This document shows positions 25,882 to 40,199 of a DNA stretch of 64,000 nt, one piece after another. The notes beneath the pieces were generated by a model. The model had not been told where the DNA came from. It saw nothing but the letters and a program-made list of their open reading frames with translations, and did no database searches. Each line of letters begins with the position of its first letter. Position 1 is the stretch's first letter. Source of the stretch: Psilocybe cubensis (Eukaryota); NCBI GenBank assembly GCA_017499595.2, contig CM039005.1, forward strand, positions 1,736,001 to 1,800,000, in the 5' to 3' direction. A program made the position numbers and the translations under genes.

Positions 25882-26481
25882 TTAGAGGTTAAGGTTGACG
25901 GGAACGCATTGCACGTTGACGAGACCGTTCTGCCAGTAAAAGTGAAAGAGTCAGTAACTAGACTTGAACTGTCTGATTGATGCATGGCGACTAGATACGT
26001 ACGACTTTGTTATCGGTGCAGCACGCGGGTTGGGCAGAGCTGGTTGAGATTCAGATATCAGTCTTATGTTCGCGCTTTAGAAGGGTTTTCCCTACCAAGA
26101 GTTGCTGGTGATGCTGACGGCACTGAGGGGAGAGCAGTCGACTATAGACGATATTGAAACCGCGTTAGTATGCACTCCTCCAAATTCGCGTTCCAGGCTA
26201 AGGACCCACCTCCAACGATTGCATCAATTGGAATTGTAGCAGTCAACAGGCTTACAAGAGATGGGTATTCTTGACTGAGTGTCTTGACCTATAGATTTAT
26301 TTTGAAAAATCTGGTCAATATTTAATGACTTTCAAAGCTTGACTTCACATACGTCGCCGACATGGTCACAGCACTTGAGAGAGCCTGTGTTGCACTGGTA
26401 TCCACCGCCACCTCCACCGCGGGGAAGCACATTGGCGGCAGCGAGGAGAGGGAGGGCAAGGAATGTGATAGCAGCGCGCAT
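25882..26481 (-). CDS. Class I hydrophobin
   Basis: Signal peptide MRAAITFLALPLLAAA and the eight-cysteine pattern QCNTGSLKCC...DCSP...SCSAQPACC...VQCVPVNLNL across five exons. TATAAA lies about 100 nt upstream. Confidence 0.95.
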
Positions 26482-27717
26482 GTTTGACTTGAATGTGGGT
26501 AGTTGTGATTGTCTGGTGAAAGTCAGAAAAACTGAGGCCGTGTGGTGAATTTTGTGGAACGACAGGGAGACAGGTTTTCCTTTATATTCTTGCTGTCTCC
26601 ACATTCCTTAAAGGCATGATGTCGAAAATGGTATGGACGAATAGGTTTTGATTCAGTGCCACACAGGCTGGTCTAGAAACCTCGGTTTTTCCTTCTTTAC
26701 AGAATTAGCCGATTAGAAACTTAGACGTCAACGGTAGCTTGTTGAACAAGTGTCAACAAATTTGAGTATGGTAGATTTATTAACCTTTGTCGATTAGGCT
26801 GGTAGCCCATGTACTTTCAAAAAAAGAATTAAATCAGCGGAGAACGTTCGTCCAAATAATGGAGCTTGGAGATGCCTACTTTTTCAAATACAATTGATAT
26901 TATATTATAACGACGGTGCTCAAGGGCAGATATATCTAAACGTCACCAGTGACAGCGAGTCGATAGGATCGTTCCATCACTCATATCTCTCTTCCGTGCT
27001 GAAATCAGAACATACAAATATCATTATAGCATGCTGTCACCAACGGGCTTCTTCATTTCCATGCCCTTTCTCTCGTGTCAAAATGACCCCTTCTCCGCTA
27101 ATGGTTGGTACTAGCCCCAGCTGGGAATAGAGAATGACACCCGCCCTCTCTCCCGCCAACTTTGTTTACGGCAGATGCCCAAGTATTCGCAAATGTGAGT
27201 GCTGACAATCTTTCCCAGAAATCAGGTATACAATACGCCAGACTCTGAGGCAGTCTATACTTCTTGAATTTGTGGCGCTATCTCGATTCTCAGATAGAAG
27301 GTTACATTGTTGAACTAATGCTGACTATGGGGTTATCGTTAAATTGAAGTTTGAGTGGCGAAAACGGAGTTCAATGTCAGCATGTAGCTTTGAATTAATC
27401 ACAGTGAACTTCGGTTCCTGCAAAATCGCAATGGTGCGTGAAGTGAGTGCAAATAATAAAAAGACGTCTTGAGGCTTGATCAAATCCTTTCGAAGCTTCG
27501 TCGTGCCCGCATGCTTCTGGCCATCAGACGGTCTCGATCCTGTACGTATCATGAATGGAATGACCTTAGATGGAAAGGATTCAAAAGCTGAATTGTCTTT
27601 GTATTTCCGAGTAACAAGGCAAGATTAAACGTGCCATATTCCACGAAGGCATCAGATCGAATGAAAAGAAAAATAGGCATTCAGTCGCCTACAATTCGAA
27701 ATACGTAAATACATGCC

Positions 27718-30700
27718 TCACGTCGACTTACACCTGTCGACACTTAATGTATCACTGTTTCCCCACCACGTCGGGAACGAGATAGCATTTCCGCTCGCAC
27801 CAAATACTGCAAAAGACAGTATGAAAAGGATCACTTGACTGCCACCATCGAGGGCTGCCGACATGAGGTAGTTGTACTAGATGAGACGAAGATAAATTGA
27901 CATTGATTCAGGAATACAGGTTTGGAAAAGCTGGCTCACCTTCACAAACCAGCGAGGGCGCCTTGTCCTGAGCCACCATTGAGAAAAGATGCCAATCACT
28001 ACACACGACCACCACTGTCCATTAACGGAGTAAGGGAGCCTAAAGGTATTCGTATGTGAGGTCGTCGAAACAACGAATAGACTTGATTAGACGATGCCTC
28101 ACCATCCCATATAAAGCGCAATAACCGGTATATTGATATATTTCATAACCCTCGCAAGCCTTGAGTTTGGCTTCGAAAGCTTCCATACCACATAGAATGG
28201 TAAAGGAAGAAATATCCCCAAAAACCTACAAACAATATTTTGTTCAATTTTTGTCACGGAAGCAAGAAGATCAGGAGGAAGGTACATTGCAAATGGAATA
28301 ATCCAATATCCAGCAGGTTTTCCGAACGAAAAGAGCTCCTTTCCCAGAGCGCCCATAGCTACTGATGCAGAATTGTATTGTTGAATCACCCATCCGCTCC
28401 ACTGTCATGCTATGTCAGAAGGAGATGGATTCTGACAAGCCCAGAACCTTACAATGCGAGTTCCTATAGGATCTTTCAAGACTTCTCTATTATTGGTAAC
28501 GATGATTTTCATCACTGATGATGCATATAAATAGAGCGATTTTTGGAGTACGAGGATACACTCACTGGTAAAGTTGAAAATTGAGCCAATGATCGACCCC
28601 GCCTACAGGAAAGAACTTCAAAACAGCGTTGGAGTTAATTTAGGTGAAAACCGACCATCTGAGCAAAAAAGGTCATTCTAGGCGGCACTTTGGTATATTG
28701 GCCCAATTTGAGATCTTTTTACGCTTGAAGTCAGAATCACGCATCATCATTCACAACACACGCACCTTGAAGTAGATACAAAGTTTGGAACGACGTGCTG
28801 TTACCAAATAGGTTCGCGTACATAACAGGACTACGTAAAGCAGGTTAGAATATAGGCGCTGGTTTTGTGAGACAATATCAAACTGACATCGGCTTCCCTG
28901 GGTGAAGGAATGCAGCAATAATCTGGATCGCGTACTTGATGGATATGCTAAACCCTGAGGACAATCAATTAAACTGAAAAAGTGGATACCATGGTTTACT
29001 CCACTTACCGGTGGTCGCCGTAACTGAGTTTTTCAATATCAACAGTTCTTGTTTATAGGCGATAACAACTTACTGAATCCTAACACTATCGCCACAAACC
29101 AACTCAGGACTGAGGAAAGAGAATATGATTGTCAGTCCCAACATATATAATTTCACATAGTCTGGGAAATACTTACTTGTGAAAAGAATTATGCTCCATG
29201 CCGGAATGAGCACTGTTCCATGAGGACCAGCATAGCTGCAGCCAATTCCTACAGCCAATGAAGCAAAGAATAGCAGACCATAAGCCCACTGAGGGACTTC
29301 AGCTGAAAGATGTACCAATGATTCAGAGGAGTGAGGAGGATCAATGAACGAAATATTCACGATATTTCTGCATCTCTAATGATTGAATTAGAGCATTTCT
29401 GCTGGGCTTGAGCTAGGCTCATACCTTTGTAATGAGGATCATCGACATCTGCGTGGCCCCTTCTTAAGAACTTTAGGCCTCCAAATGCTAAATGTGACGG
29501 ACATAAGAATGAGTAATATTAGAATGTTCTCGGACCAGCGAGGAATTGCAGGGCTCACCGGCCTTTAATTCTGCCCAATGCCATATTACAACATATGTAA
29601 ATGCCGAACCGAGCGAAAGATTGTAGAATAACTGAGATAGTGCGTATGTTGTCGTGTACCGTGGAAGGCCTATGGTGGCTAAAGCATCGGTATTGAGCTT
29701 GAAATCTGAGTCAATGACAGCCGATTGATTGTAGCTGGCGCCATCTTCGCCGAACAAGGAGGTGGACATGAACGGTATGCTCCGACCGTTAAAGACATTC
29801 AGGTAGTAGCCCCCAGTCAGGAAAAGATATCCTAGGCCCATTCCGACTGAACATATCAGAAATCAGTCGAGGGATTGCCATCAGGCGGTGCTTACTGAAT
29901 GAATTGATCTCTAACGGCGGGAATTTTTAAACGTGATGTATCAGAATATGCTATATATGTACCCACGGGTCTGAAGGGGCCATACGAGAGGGGTGCCTTG
30001 AGTGATTAGCGTCCAGGATGTACTGAAAGATAGGAGTCCAAGTCCTTCATTACTAGATCCTGCACCAAAGAGATTGCGGATGAAGTCGTGACGGCCATTA
30101 TCGACCATGCATACCACAGAGATGGCAGTAAGAAGAGGAAACGCGTACTGCGGGATCCATTCCCAGAAGAAAATTGCAGCAAACTGATAGAGAGGATGCG
30201 TTTTAGAGAGTTGTGATAATTTTGATAATAAATACTTACCACAATCCAAAAGAACCTTCTCCTTTTCATATTGAGCGCTCCTCCGAAGTGTAAGCTTTGG
30301 AGCAAGTTGACTACCGATATGTAGGACGGGTAGAAAGCGCTGATTGGCGAATTAAAGTGGTACAATTAGATGTAGAAATAGAGAAGAAAAGAAGCGCACT
30401 AGGTAGGGTAAACCAAAAATGTTCTCACTGCAATAGTGTCAATGAATTGAAAGGTTTTGGAGTTCGCCTTACGCACAGAGGCCGGCCATTCCATATCCTT
30501 AGTCTAGGTCAATCAGATTATTCTACAAACATGGGAGCTCCACTCACCTAGCATTTGGGTAGAAAAAATAGAAAACACGGCCACAGCAGAGTTAAGGCGT
30601 AGATCGTAGAAAAGATCTGGTGCAATGTAAATAAATGGTCAATAAACTGTTAGATCATCTTCACTCACCAAGTGCAGCTATAACTTCCATCGCCACTGCT

Positions 30701-31348
30701 ACACTAGATGCGGTCGAAGACATAATGACGATGACAGTATGCTCTCTGAATTATAACGATGAGGGTTTGTATCCTTCAGAGCGGCGGCTGCGTACTTGAT
30801 GTTGAAAGGCCCTGGGTTGATGTACCTCCATGCGCCGTGAGACGGAAGGGCTATAAATATGAGATAGAGTACAAAAAGGCCACCCAGGCTGCGTACCCGC
30901 CATGCCAATTCCCAGAACGTACGCAATTATCAGACAGAACAATTGCGAAACGGTAGCATTCTGGGGTTTGAAGGTGTATATGGTAGAGAGAACCTTTTCA
31001 AAGAGAAGTTTTAGGGTTCAGTACAGTCTGTCGACAACTAGTGAAACACTGACCGATGAGAAAACACTTAGGCCAAGGCCCAATAGAGCGACGCGAAATG
31101 TTAAGATAGGTAGGTCAGGATCATCGCGGGTAGAAATAACCTGCAAAATGTTTAATCTTTTGGAAGGACTAAGAAGTACAAGTTATGAAATCTTGAAAAC
31201 TTACCTGAAGAGCTACAGCCTCAGCTTTTTCAGCCAATGCCTTCTCGTCAATAAAATCCTGGGAAGAATCAACAGAGGTTCGATCTGAAATTTTTTCAGA
31301 GTCAAGAACATCCTTGGTATCTGCCTCGCCAATGCTCAATGTTGCCAT
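27718..31348 (-). CDS. OPT-family oligopeptide transporter, many exons
   Basis: DDPDLPILTFR, NPGPFNIKEH, WEWIPQYAFPLL, GAGSSNEGLG, EVPQWAY, HPGKP, DLKLGQYTKVPPR, YLMSAALDGGSQV, PTWWGN. Confidence 0.93.
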
Positions 31349-33940
31349 TGTGGTGATCGTCGAAGGTCAAGATTAGGGTCGGCTCGAAATCTGTCCACAT
31401 TGATAACGAGCATTCGCTCTATTCCGTGTTACCACCGATAACCATGCTGAGGGTCACAAAAGAAGTTAGGTCTTCCTACGCATATACCTGAAAAAAGTCG
31501 TTCGAGTGATCGAAAACGTCATCGCAGAGGATAAGAGATAACAAAATTGTACTCTTGAATACCTTCCTATGAATCAATGCTGCGACGGTTTCCTATCGAT
31601 GGTGCAGTGAACCAGGAGACAGATATTTCTCTGCAATGCCGGCGTATCCGATGCAAGAAAGGGGATGCGATTTGGACTTAATCATCGCTGTGGATTGGGC
31701 AGTGATGTATAGAGATATTTGTAGAACGGGTAAAATCGATCATCCAAAGCCGAACTGGGGTGTGAAAAGTTGCACTAAACATGTACCCCTCTTGGTGGAA
31801 GGTGTTAAAGACTCACTAGTACTGAGCACATTGATACAAAGTGACATTGGCATACAGATGCTCCGCGTAAGTCCCTCATCAAAGGTTATATCGTGGCGTT
31901 GGTCAAGTAATAGCCGTAATTCGCCTTTGAATTGAAATAATTGACAAAAATTTTGGCGTCAAGTAGTACGCATAACTTGCCGCAACCGTAAGATAGCGTA
32001 GGATTTACTGTAACCACCATTAGTAAAGAAAGAAATGTAGTGGGATCCGATATTCGTATATTTGACCCTTGAGCACTGAGCCATCAAAGTGAGTGATACA
32101 GGAACAATATCAGTGAGAACTGAAAGAATCGGGAAATCAATCAAGTCAAGGTCAGTATGAGACAATGGAAAAAAACAGGTAAAAAATATGCCTGGCACGA
32201 TTGTGCCACGACAGAGCGACAGGCCGTGCGAACGATGACTAATGCGTAGCAATGTTCAAGCTCCGCCGGCTATAAGCTCAATTATATTCACACGGTTTCA
32301 TTTTAGTTGTACACTGCAAACTAGATAAAAGACTCGCACCAGTACTAATAAAGATTCCTAATCGTAAAATCCTTTTAGTTTACTACAAATGTTGAAGTGT
32401 TGTTGTGTGCACAGATTTTTTCGCAAGGCACTAAGCGCGGGAACCCTCGACCTGTTGCAGGGTATACGAGAAAGTTTAAGGTTTGCTTGAGAAATGACAC
32501 TGGTCAGGGACGACGTTAAGTGACTTTGTCAGCTCTGAGTCCATCAACGTCTAAAACGCACTCAATAATGGAGCGGTAGAAAGGCTAGTAATGATGAAAG
32601 CTAAAATAAACCCACCCGCAAGATATCCCAGGTTTCAAAAGTGATTTGAAGGTGATGAATAAACAGAACTGAATGCAGCTTTTTTTGCTGATCAGCGATA
32701 GCCAACAAGAGTTTGTATAAGTGATGTGCTGATGTATTGTTATACCATAATGAATGTGTTTTATTGACACAGACGCAGCGATTGTTGCAATCACCGTGAT
32801 ATCCAATTGTGTCATCATTCAGGACAGGACACTCGCAAGTCTATGTTTATCCCGACATATTTGTGGAAAGACACGCGTACTATATGAGTTCATACTGAAG
32901 ATAGATAATCATCCACCACAATAGATATACTACAAGAATCAAACTAAGGCTGTAAATCCTTGACCACTATAGTGAATGACCCAGATGAGATCGATACCAT
33001 GACCATGGAGACCGAATCTGGCGGTTAGTGATAAACGATTGTTGTGCCGATGGAATATTGAATGAACACAACGTAAGTGTTTCTGTTTTTCCCAAGTGAA
33101 AAAATTTTGAGCTCATTTCTCCGTGTTTGATCTTACGAAAAAAGAAAACGGAACTTGCACGTTGCATCTGTGGAGAAGCCTGCCAGTGCGCATAGCAGAT
33201 TACTTGTAAATCATGGATCCATGAGGGTAAAGCATACCTTCACTGTCAAAAAATGTCAAGTGACATCCAGAAAAATTTAATCTCGGCTGATCCCAGCACA
33301 GCTCTCGGACTGCACTGGGAAATCAGCGAGAATTGAAGTATTTTCGGTCAAGATGCAGGGATCGACCGCCCAGGTAACTTTTGATTTATTTTTAGATATG
33401 TGGTATATATTTAGATCAGGATGTAGCTTTTACTTCACATGAAAACTGTGATCTTGGGGGAGACACTCATACTAACTGCTTTAGATGAATATCTACTAAA
33501 CAATATCTACTAAGTTTCTTCCATACCCAGAGCGAAATAAGTAGGTAGCATATGGCTCGAACCTTTGCTGCAGAGTTGACCAATACCGGAATGCCTTGTG
33601 GCAACTTCTTCGACGGACATACTTCGAAATTTCACATCCCAGAAGTCAATGAATGATCATAGGTCTCCGGATTCACATCAACCCCTGATCAAAAAATTGT
33701 CGCGCCCGTGATCAAATGGCGTTCTAGACGGCTGTTGTCCTCCAACATCTCAACTTTCATATTCAAGTCTGTCACCCATTGCAAGAATATAATCATAGCA
33801 AAAAAGAATGCGGAGATAACGCCGATGCGAGAAATTAGCGAGCAATATAAAGAGGCGTTGTTTTGAGACGGATAACCTTAAGACGTTCCTAGTCTTACGA
33901 GGTCCCTCACTTCATTTCTTTCAAGATCAAAGTTGTCAAC

Positions 33941-34858
33941 ATGCTTACATTCACCACACTCCTTTCTCTATCTGCCTTGGCCCCTCTGCTTAGCGTGTCT
34001 GGGCTTGCTGTGAAGCGCTCAGGATGTAGTTTGAGCAACTTGAAGCTTTCAAATCTCCCACCTCCGCTCGTGGCCCCGTCGTTCCCACCGTCGTTCGTCG
34101 GTATTGCCATTGGCACTCAAAATTACACCTGCAGTAGTGCAGGTACCTATACGTGAGTTGAGCACAAATTTTCTGTGTTATTCATGCTCACCAATTTGTT
34201 TCAGCAACGTGGGAGCTTTGGCCGAACTTTTTGATGCCTCTTGTGTCTACAACTCTCCTATATTTCCCACATTACCCAGCATCGCTAGTGCTGCTTGGGA
34301 AATTGCCCCTCCATCCTTGCCGATATCTGAGGTCATCTCAACTTTACACGGATTTTCATCGCCCTCTATCCTTGGTTAGTACTTGTAATGTGAATGATCA
34401 AATTTAATATCTCATCGTTTTTTGAAAGGTCAACACTATTATGTGACCAACCCTATCACCGGCTCAGGCATCACCCCTAAGTGGGATTTCACCTCCCAAG
34501 GTGCCGATGCCGGGAAGTCCGACGCTTTCGTTGTTGCTGCTAAAGTCAACGGCGCTGCTGCTCCAACTGGAAGCCAGGACATTGATTGGGTTCAGCTTGG
34601 CTCCTTAACTGGAGATCTTGCTAAGCAAGTCTACCGAGTTCAGACTCGTCTTGGACAGCCTCCTGCTTCTGTGAGAAGTGTTGCTATCTGACATAACAAA
34701 TAACATCTCTAATCGAATGTCCCAAGTGCACTGTTGGCTCCAAAGACATCCAGGTTAAATATGCTGCGTTGTACTGTAAGTCTTGCTATATTTTATCTTT
34801 AACCTAAAACTATCAACTAACAATTGCCTTCTCAGATGGCTTTGGAGGATCAGTATAA
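33941..34858 (+). CDS. Secreted DUF3455-family protein (often annotated 'malate dehydrogenase-like')
   Basis: Signal peptide, then GTQNYTC, GALAELFD, LGQHYY, PKWDF, DIDWVQL, VYRVQTRLGQPPASC, VKYAALY. Confidence 0.88.
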
Positions 34859-35501
34859 GTATAAGCTCAAGAACAACCTCTTGGTTTCCTGAAGGAACGT
34901 CAATTGTACTTGATTGTTATGCGTACTTGTATTCGTCCATCCTTAATATACTGGTCCCTCAGCATCTCCATTTATGAGGCAGCAATAAATTCCAAGCATT
35001 GAGTCAGCGCTTATGTGACCCACAGCATGTTATTTATGGAAGCTGGGTCCTTCTATCGAACAGGTGGTTCTGCCCAGTTTCCATATCCAAACAAGATCAC
35101 AATATTCTAATGAAAGGTGGAATCTGGAGGATATTTTGCAAACATGATTGATAATGCAAAATTGATGTTTGAGTTGGCTTTATCATCAGCATCGACTCTA
35201 AAATCATGGTAATTTATAAGGAATCATTCGGCAATGTCAAGATTGTTGGGTGAGGAAATCAGATTCATAATCATCACAGCACAATAATCTCCTTACTGGC
35301 GCTTTGCGATATTGATTATGCTGATCTACCGCTGCATCGTAATTCGTACCCGAGAGTATTGCAATCTTCGCAACCACAACGTACGAATTGCTTATTGAGA
35401 AACAAAATGGCGGTAGAGATCAATGGAGGAAATGTTACCTGTGTGCGCCAAATATACTATACGTGCCTTCTCAATAAATAGGGGACATCTTCGAAAATGT
35501 T

Positions 35502-36964
35502 TTGCATCGTCTATTCGTCATCAGTGTGGTCCTCAACATCCGTGCTCCCAATACATCCTTTTTCACGCCACTTCAGGTGCCCACTGCTGGCACAGCGGTC
35601 GTTCCTCAGAAAAGCGGAAAGCCCATTCCAACACTTTTTCAGCCTCTCAGAATCCGTGGAGTCGAATTTCAAAACAGAATCATTGTGAGGAAATAATGCC
35701 CCATTCATTTGACAGATACTAAGTAGCCTCTGCCCAGTTATCTCCCATGTGCCAATATTCTGCAAAGGACGGTTTTGTTACCCCTTGGCATCTCGCACAT
35801 CGTAATTTGCATTTCAAGTTTTGTAATCGATGGAGTACTGATGAATCTTCCTAGTGGGTGGAATAATAATACGAGGACCAGGCTTAAGCTTCGCCGAAGG
35901 AGTAGCCGTATTGCCAGAAGGTCGTATCACACCTGAAGACCTTGGTTTATGGACAGATGAACACGTTGAAGGATTATCAAAAATCGTCGAATTCGCGCAT
36001 TCGCAAGGCCAAAAAATGGCCATCCAGCTTTTCCATTCCGGCCGCAAGGGCTCTACCAGTGCGCCTTACCTTGTTAGCAAGGGCGACATCATGGCCTCAC
36101 CAGAGGAAGGAGGCTGGCCTGACAATGTCTGGGGACCATCTGCTATTAAATTCCATCCTTCTTATCCTCAACCTCGCGAGTTGACTTTGGAAGGTATTAA
36201 AAGGATAATTGACGCGTTTGTTGTCGCTGCGAAGCGGGCAGTTATAGCTGGTTTTGACGTCATCGAAATCCACATGGCCCATGGGTACCTGCTCTCATCG
36301 TTTGCAAGTCCGGCCAGCAACAAACGGACAGATGAATATGGCGGAAGCTTCGAAAATAGGATACGATTAACCATCGAGATCATTGACGCAATTAGAGAGG
36401 TCATTCCCAACGATATGCCGATTTTTGTGAGGTAAAGTTTCAATGTTCATCGTTTAAAGGAGGTTTTCTAATTGTTTACTTCTCAGAGTATCTGGAACAG
36501 ATTGGCTTGAAGAAGTTGCGCCTGATGAGCCGTCATGGAGGTTAGAGGACACCGTCAGGGTAGCCACAGTCTTTGCAGAGCACGGTGTCGACTTGATCGA
36601 CGTTTCGGCAGGAGGAATCGACTTCAGGCAAAAGATCCGATCAGGCCCACAATATCAAGTATTCCTTGCAGCCGCGGTCAAAAAAGCCTTGGGCGACAAA
36701 ATTCTTGTTGGGGCCGTCGGACAACTGCACGGCGGCAAAGATGCGCAGAGTGTTTTAGACTCCGGCAGCGCCGACGTGATTTTTGTAGGTCGAGAATTCT
36801 TGAAGAATCCCGGTCAGGTGTGGGCGATGGCTGAGGAGCTCGGGGTGGAAATTCAAACGGCCAAGCAAATAGGTTGGGGATTCTCAGGAATAGGCAGAAA
36901 AGGGCTGGGAACAAGCAAGCCAGAAAGAAAGGAGGATTTTGGATGGCTGAAGCGTCAAAGTTAG
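35502..36964 (+). CDS. Old Yellow Enzyme / NADH:flavin oxidoreductase (YqjM/NamA-like), copy 1; 5' end unresolved
   Basis: [65 protein letters not shown]. No in-frame ATG is present in the first recognisable exon. Confidence 0.9.
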
Positions 36965-37347
36965 CATGTCACAGATTTTAAAATAAACCACATACTTTGG
37001 GTAGACCTTAGTATAGATTAACCGGCTCCGAGTGAACCAACCATTAATGTTATGTTGCTTGAGATGTAGAAGAATACTAAACGACTTGTCGAAAATGATA
37101 ATCCATACGGGGCGGACCCCATTGACAATCTAGAACAGTCAGATGTGCCGATGAAGTTAACGAAAAGGCTGCAAGGGTCAGAAAACGTCAAATGAAGATT
37201 GTCTAATAAGCGCGAGATTGCAAGCTACGTTCAAAATTAGGAAGTGATTGAAATGAATGCTGTTGCTGAATGAGGCATAAACTCACATTGAAATAGTCAT
37301 GTTCCACGGGTGACAGCTCATGATACTGATCGAGACAGTATAGGTAA

Positions 37348-38896
<1,549 letters not shown>

Positions 38897-39227
38897 TGCG
38901 AATGGCTGTAAGTGGCACAAGAATGCATCAATGACGGATAATGACATGCGCGCACCTCACAACAGAAAAAGAAAAGGTTATTCGACAAAAAATGAAATGC
39001 ACAACGTCAGCATTGCAATAAAGTAATTTCAAGTTAGTAAGGTCATAGGGTCTCTGGATCAAAGCTGAATAGTTAAACTTTCAACTGAAATTTTGCAAGC
39101 AAGCGCGGAACAGAGGAAAGGTCATAGGGGTTCAGATTTCTAATATCACATGCCCACTTTTTGTATTGAGAGGTCGCTCAGTAAGAATAATTGTTCAAAC
39201 AAAAAATAGACGCTGCCTTGGTATCAA

Positions 39228-40199
39228 TCATGCCGACTTCCCATCCATGGCCTGTTCAACAAGTTCTCCCACCCATCGCTCAAATCCCTCTTGATCCATG
39301 TTTCCTTGGTCATCAAAAAATGAGCTATATGATTGTGCGCCTTTTGTTCGCCCTTTGGCGAGGAGGGATTTGCCCTTGTTCGTGGAGCGGACATACGTAA
39401 TGGCGAGTTGATAAGAAGGAGAGTTCGAAGGAGATAGTGATGATGATGATTTTGCTGGTGGTATTGTTGATGACGCGAGTTGAATGCGTTCACTTATAAT
39501 CTGCGCCACAGCATGAATGGTAGGCACAGTAAAAATGACGAGAAACTTACACGCTTTGACAAAGATTTTCTTTTCCCTACAAAAATGGTATTGCCTTCAA
39601 AGAAGTATGCGTAGAGTGTTTGCCCAACTGTCAAGATGATATATCTAAAAAATGTTTTAGAGCGTCCAAAGTACATGGGCAAGTAAGAACTTACAGGATA
39701 AGTCCCAAGGTAACGACAGGCTTTGACTTTTCGAAGTCAATCTTATATCCATAGAGAGCCGTACCCGCGGCCACGAATACACTCAACCAACCAAGCGCCA
39801 GGCGGACGTCTGTATGACGATGATCTTGTCTGAAGAGCTCCGGTCGTGATAGGTACTGTTATAGGGAAAAAAGGGTAAGAAATGAATGTATACAAATTAA
39901 CAGAGCGTAAAAAGGCGAAGAAGTTGGGTGGTTGGGGTAATACTCGGAATGATTGACAGGTTCCTTACACGTTTTACAGCATCATCACAAGCATTCTTGA
40001 GCTCTGTAGCACTCCCATTGTTGACTTTCACAACGTCTCTGGTTGAAGAGGGTAGAGCGGCAGATAAAGGTCCCATAGGTCGTTCTGATTCTGGTGACGG
40101 TGGTGATCGTGTGCGACTGGAGGTTGGGCTGAGAGTTTGGGCGTTGTTTGTATCGGTAGGGGTGGTGGTGAGTTCAGGAATTTTTTTGCTGCGAGCCAT
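39228..40199 (-). CDS. SPC2: Signal peptidase complex subunit 2 (SPC25 family)
   Basis: KVNNGSATELKNACDDAVK, HTDVRLALGW, two transmembrane helices, FEGNTIFVG, SFFDDQG. Confidence 0.92.

Noticed and set aside
31400-33900. Long spacer between the OPT and DUF3455 genes with hydrophobic ORF fragments
   Set aside because: No coherent exon chain, terminal repeats or identifiable family.
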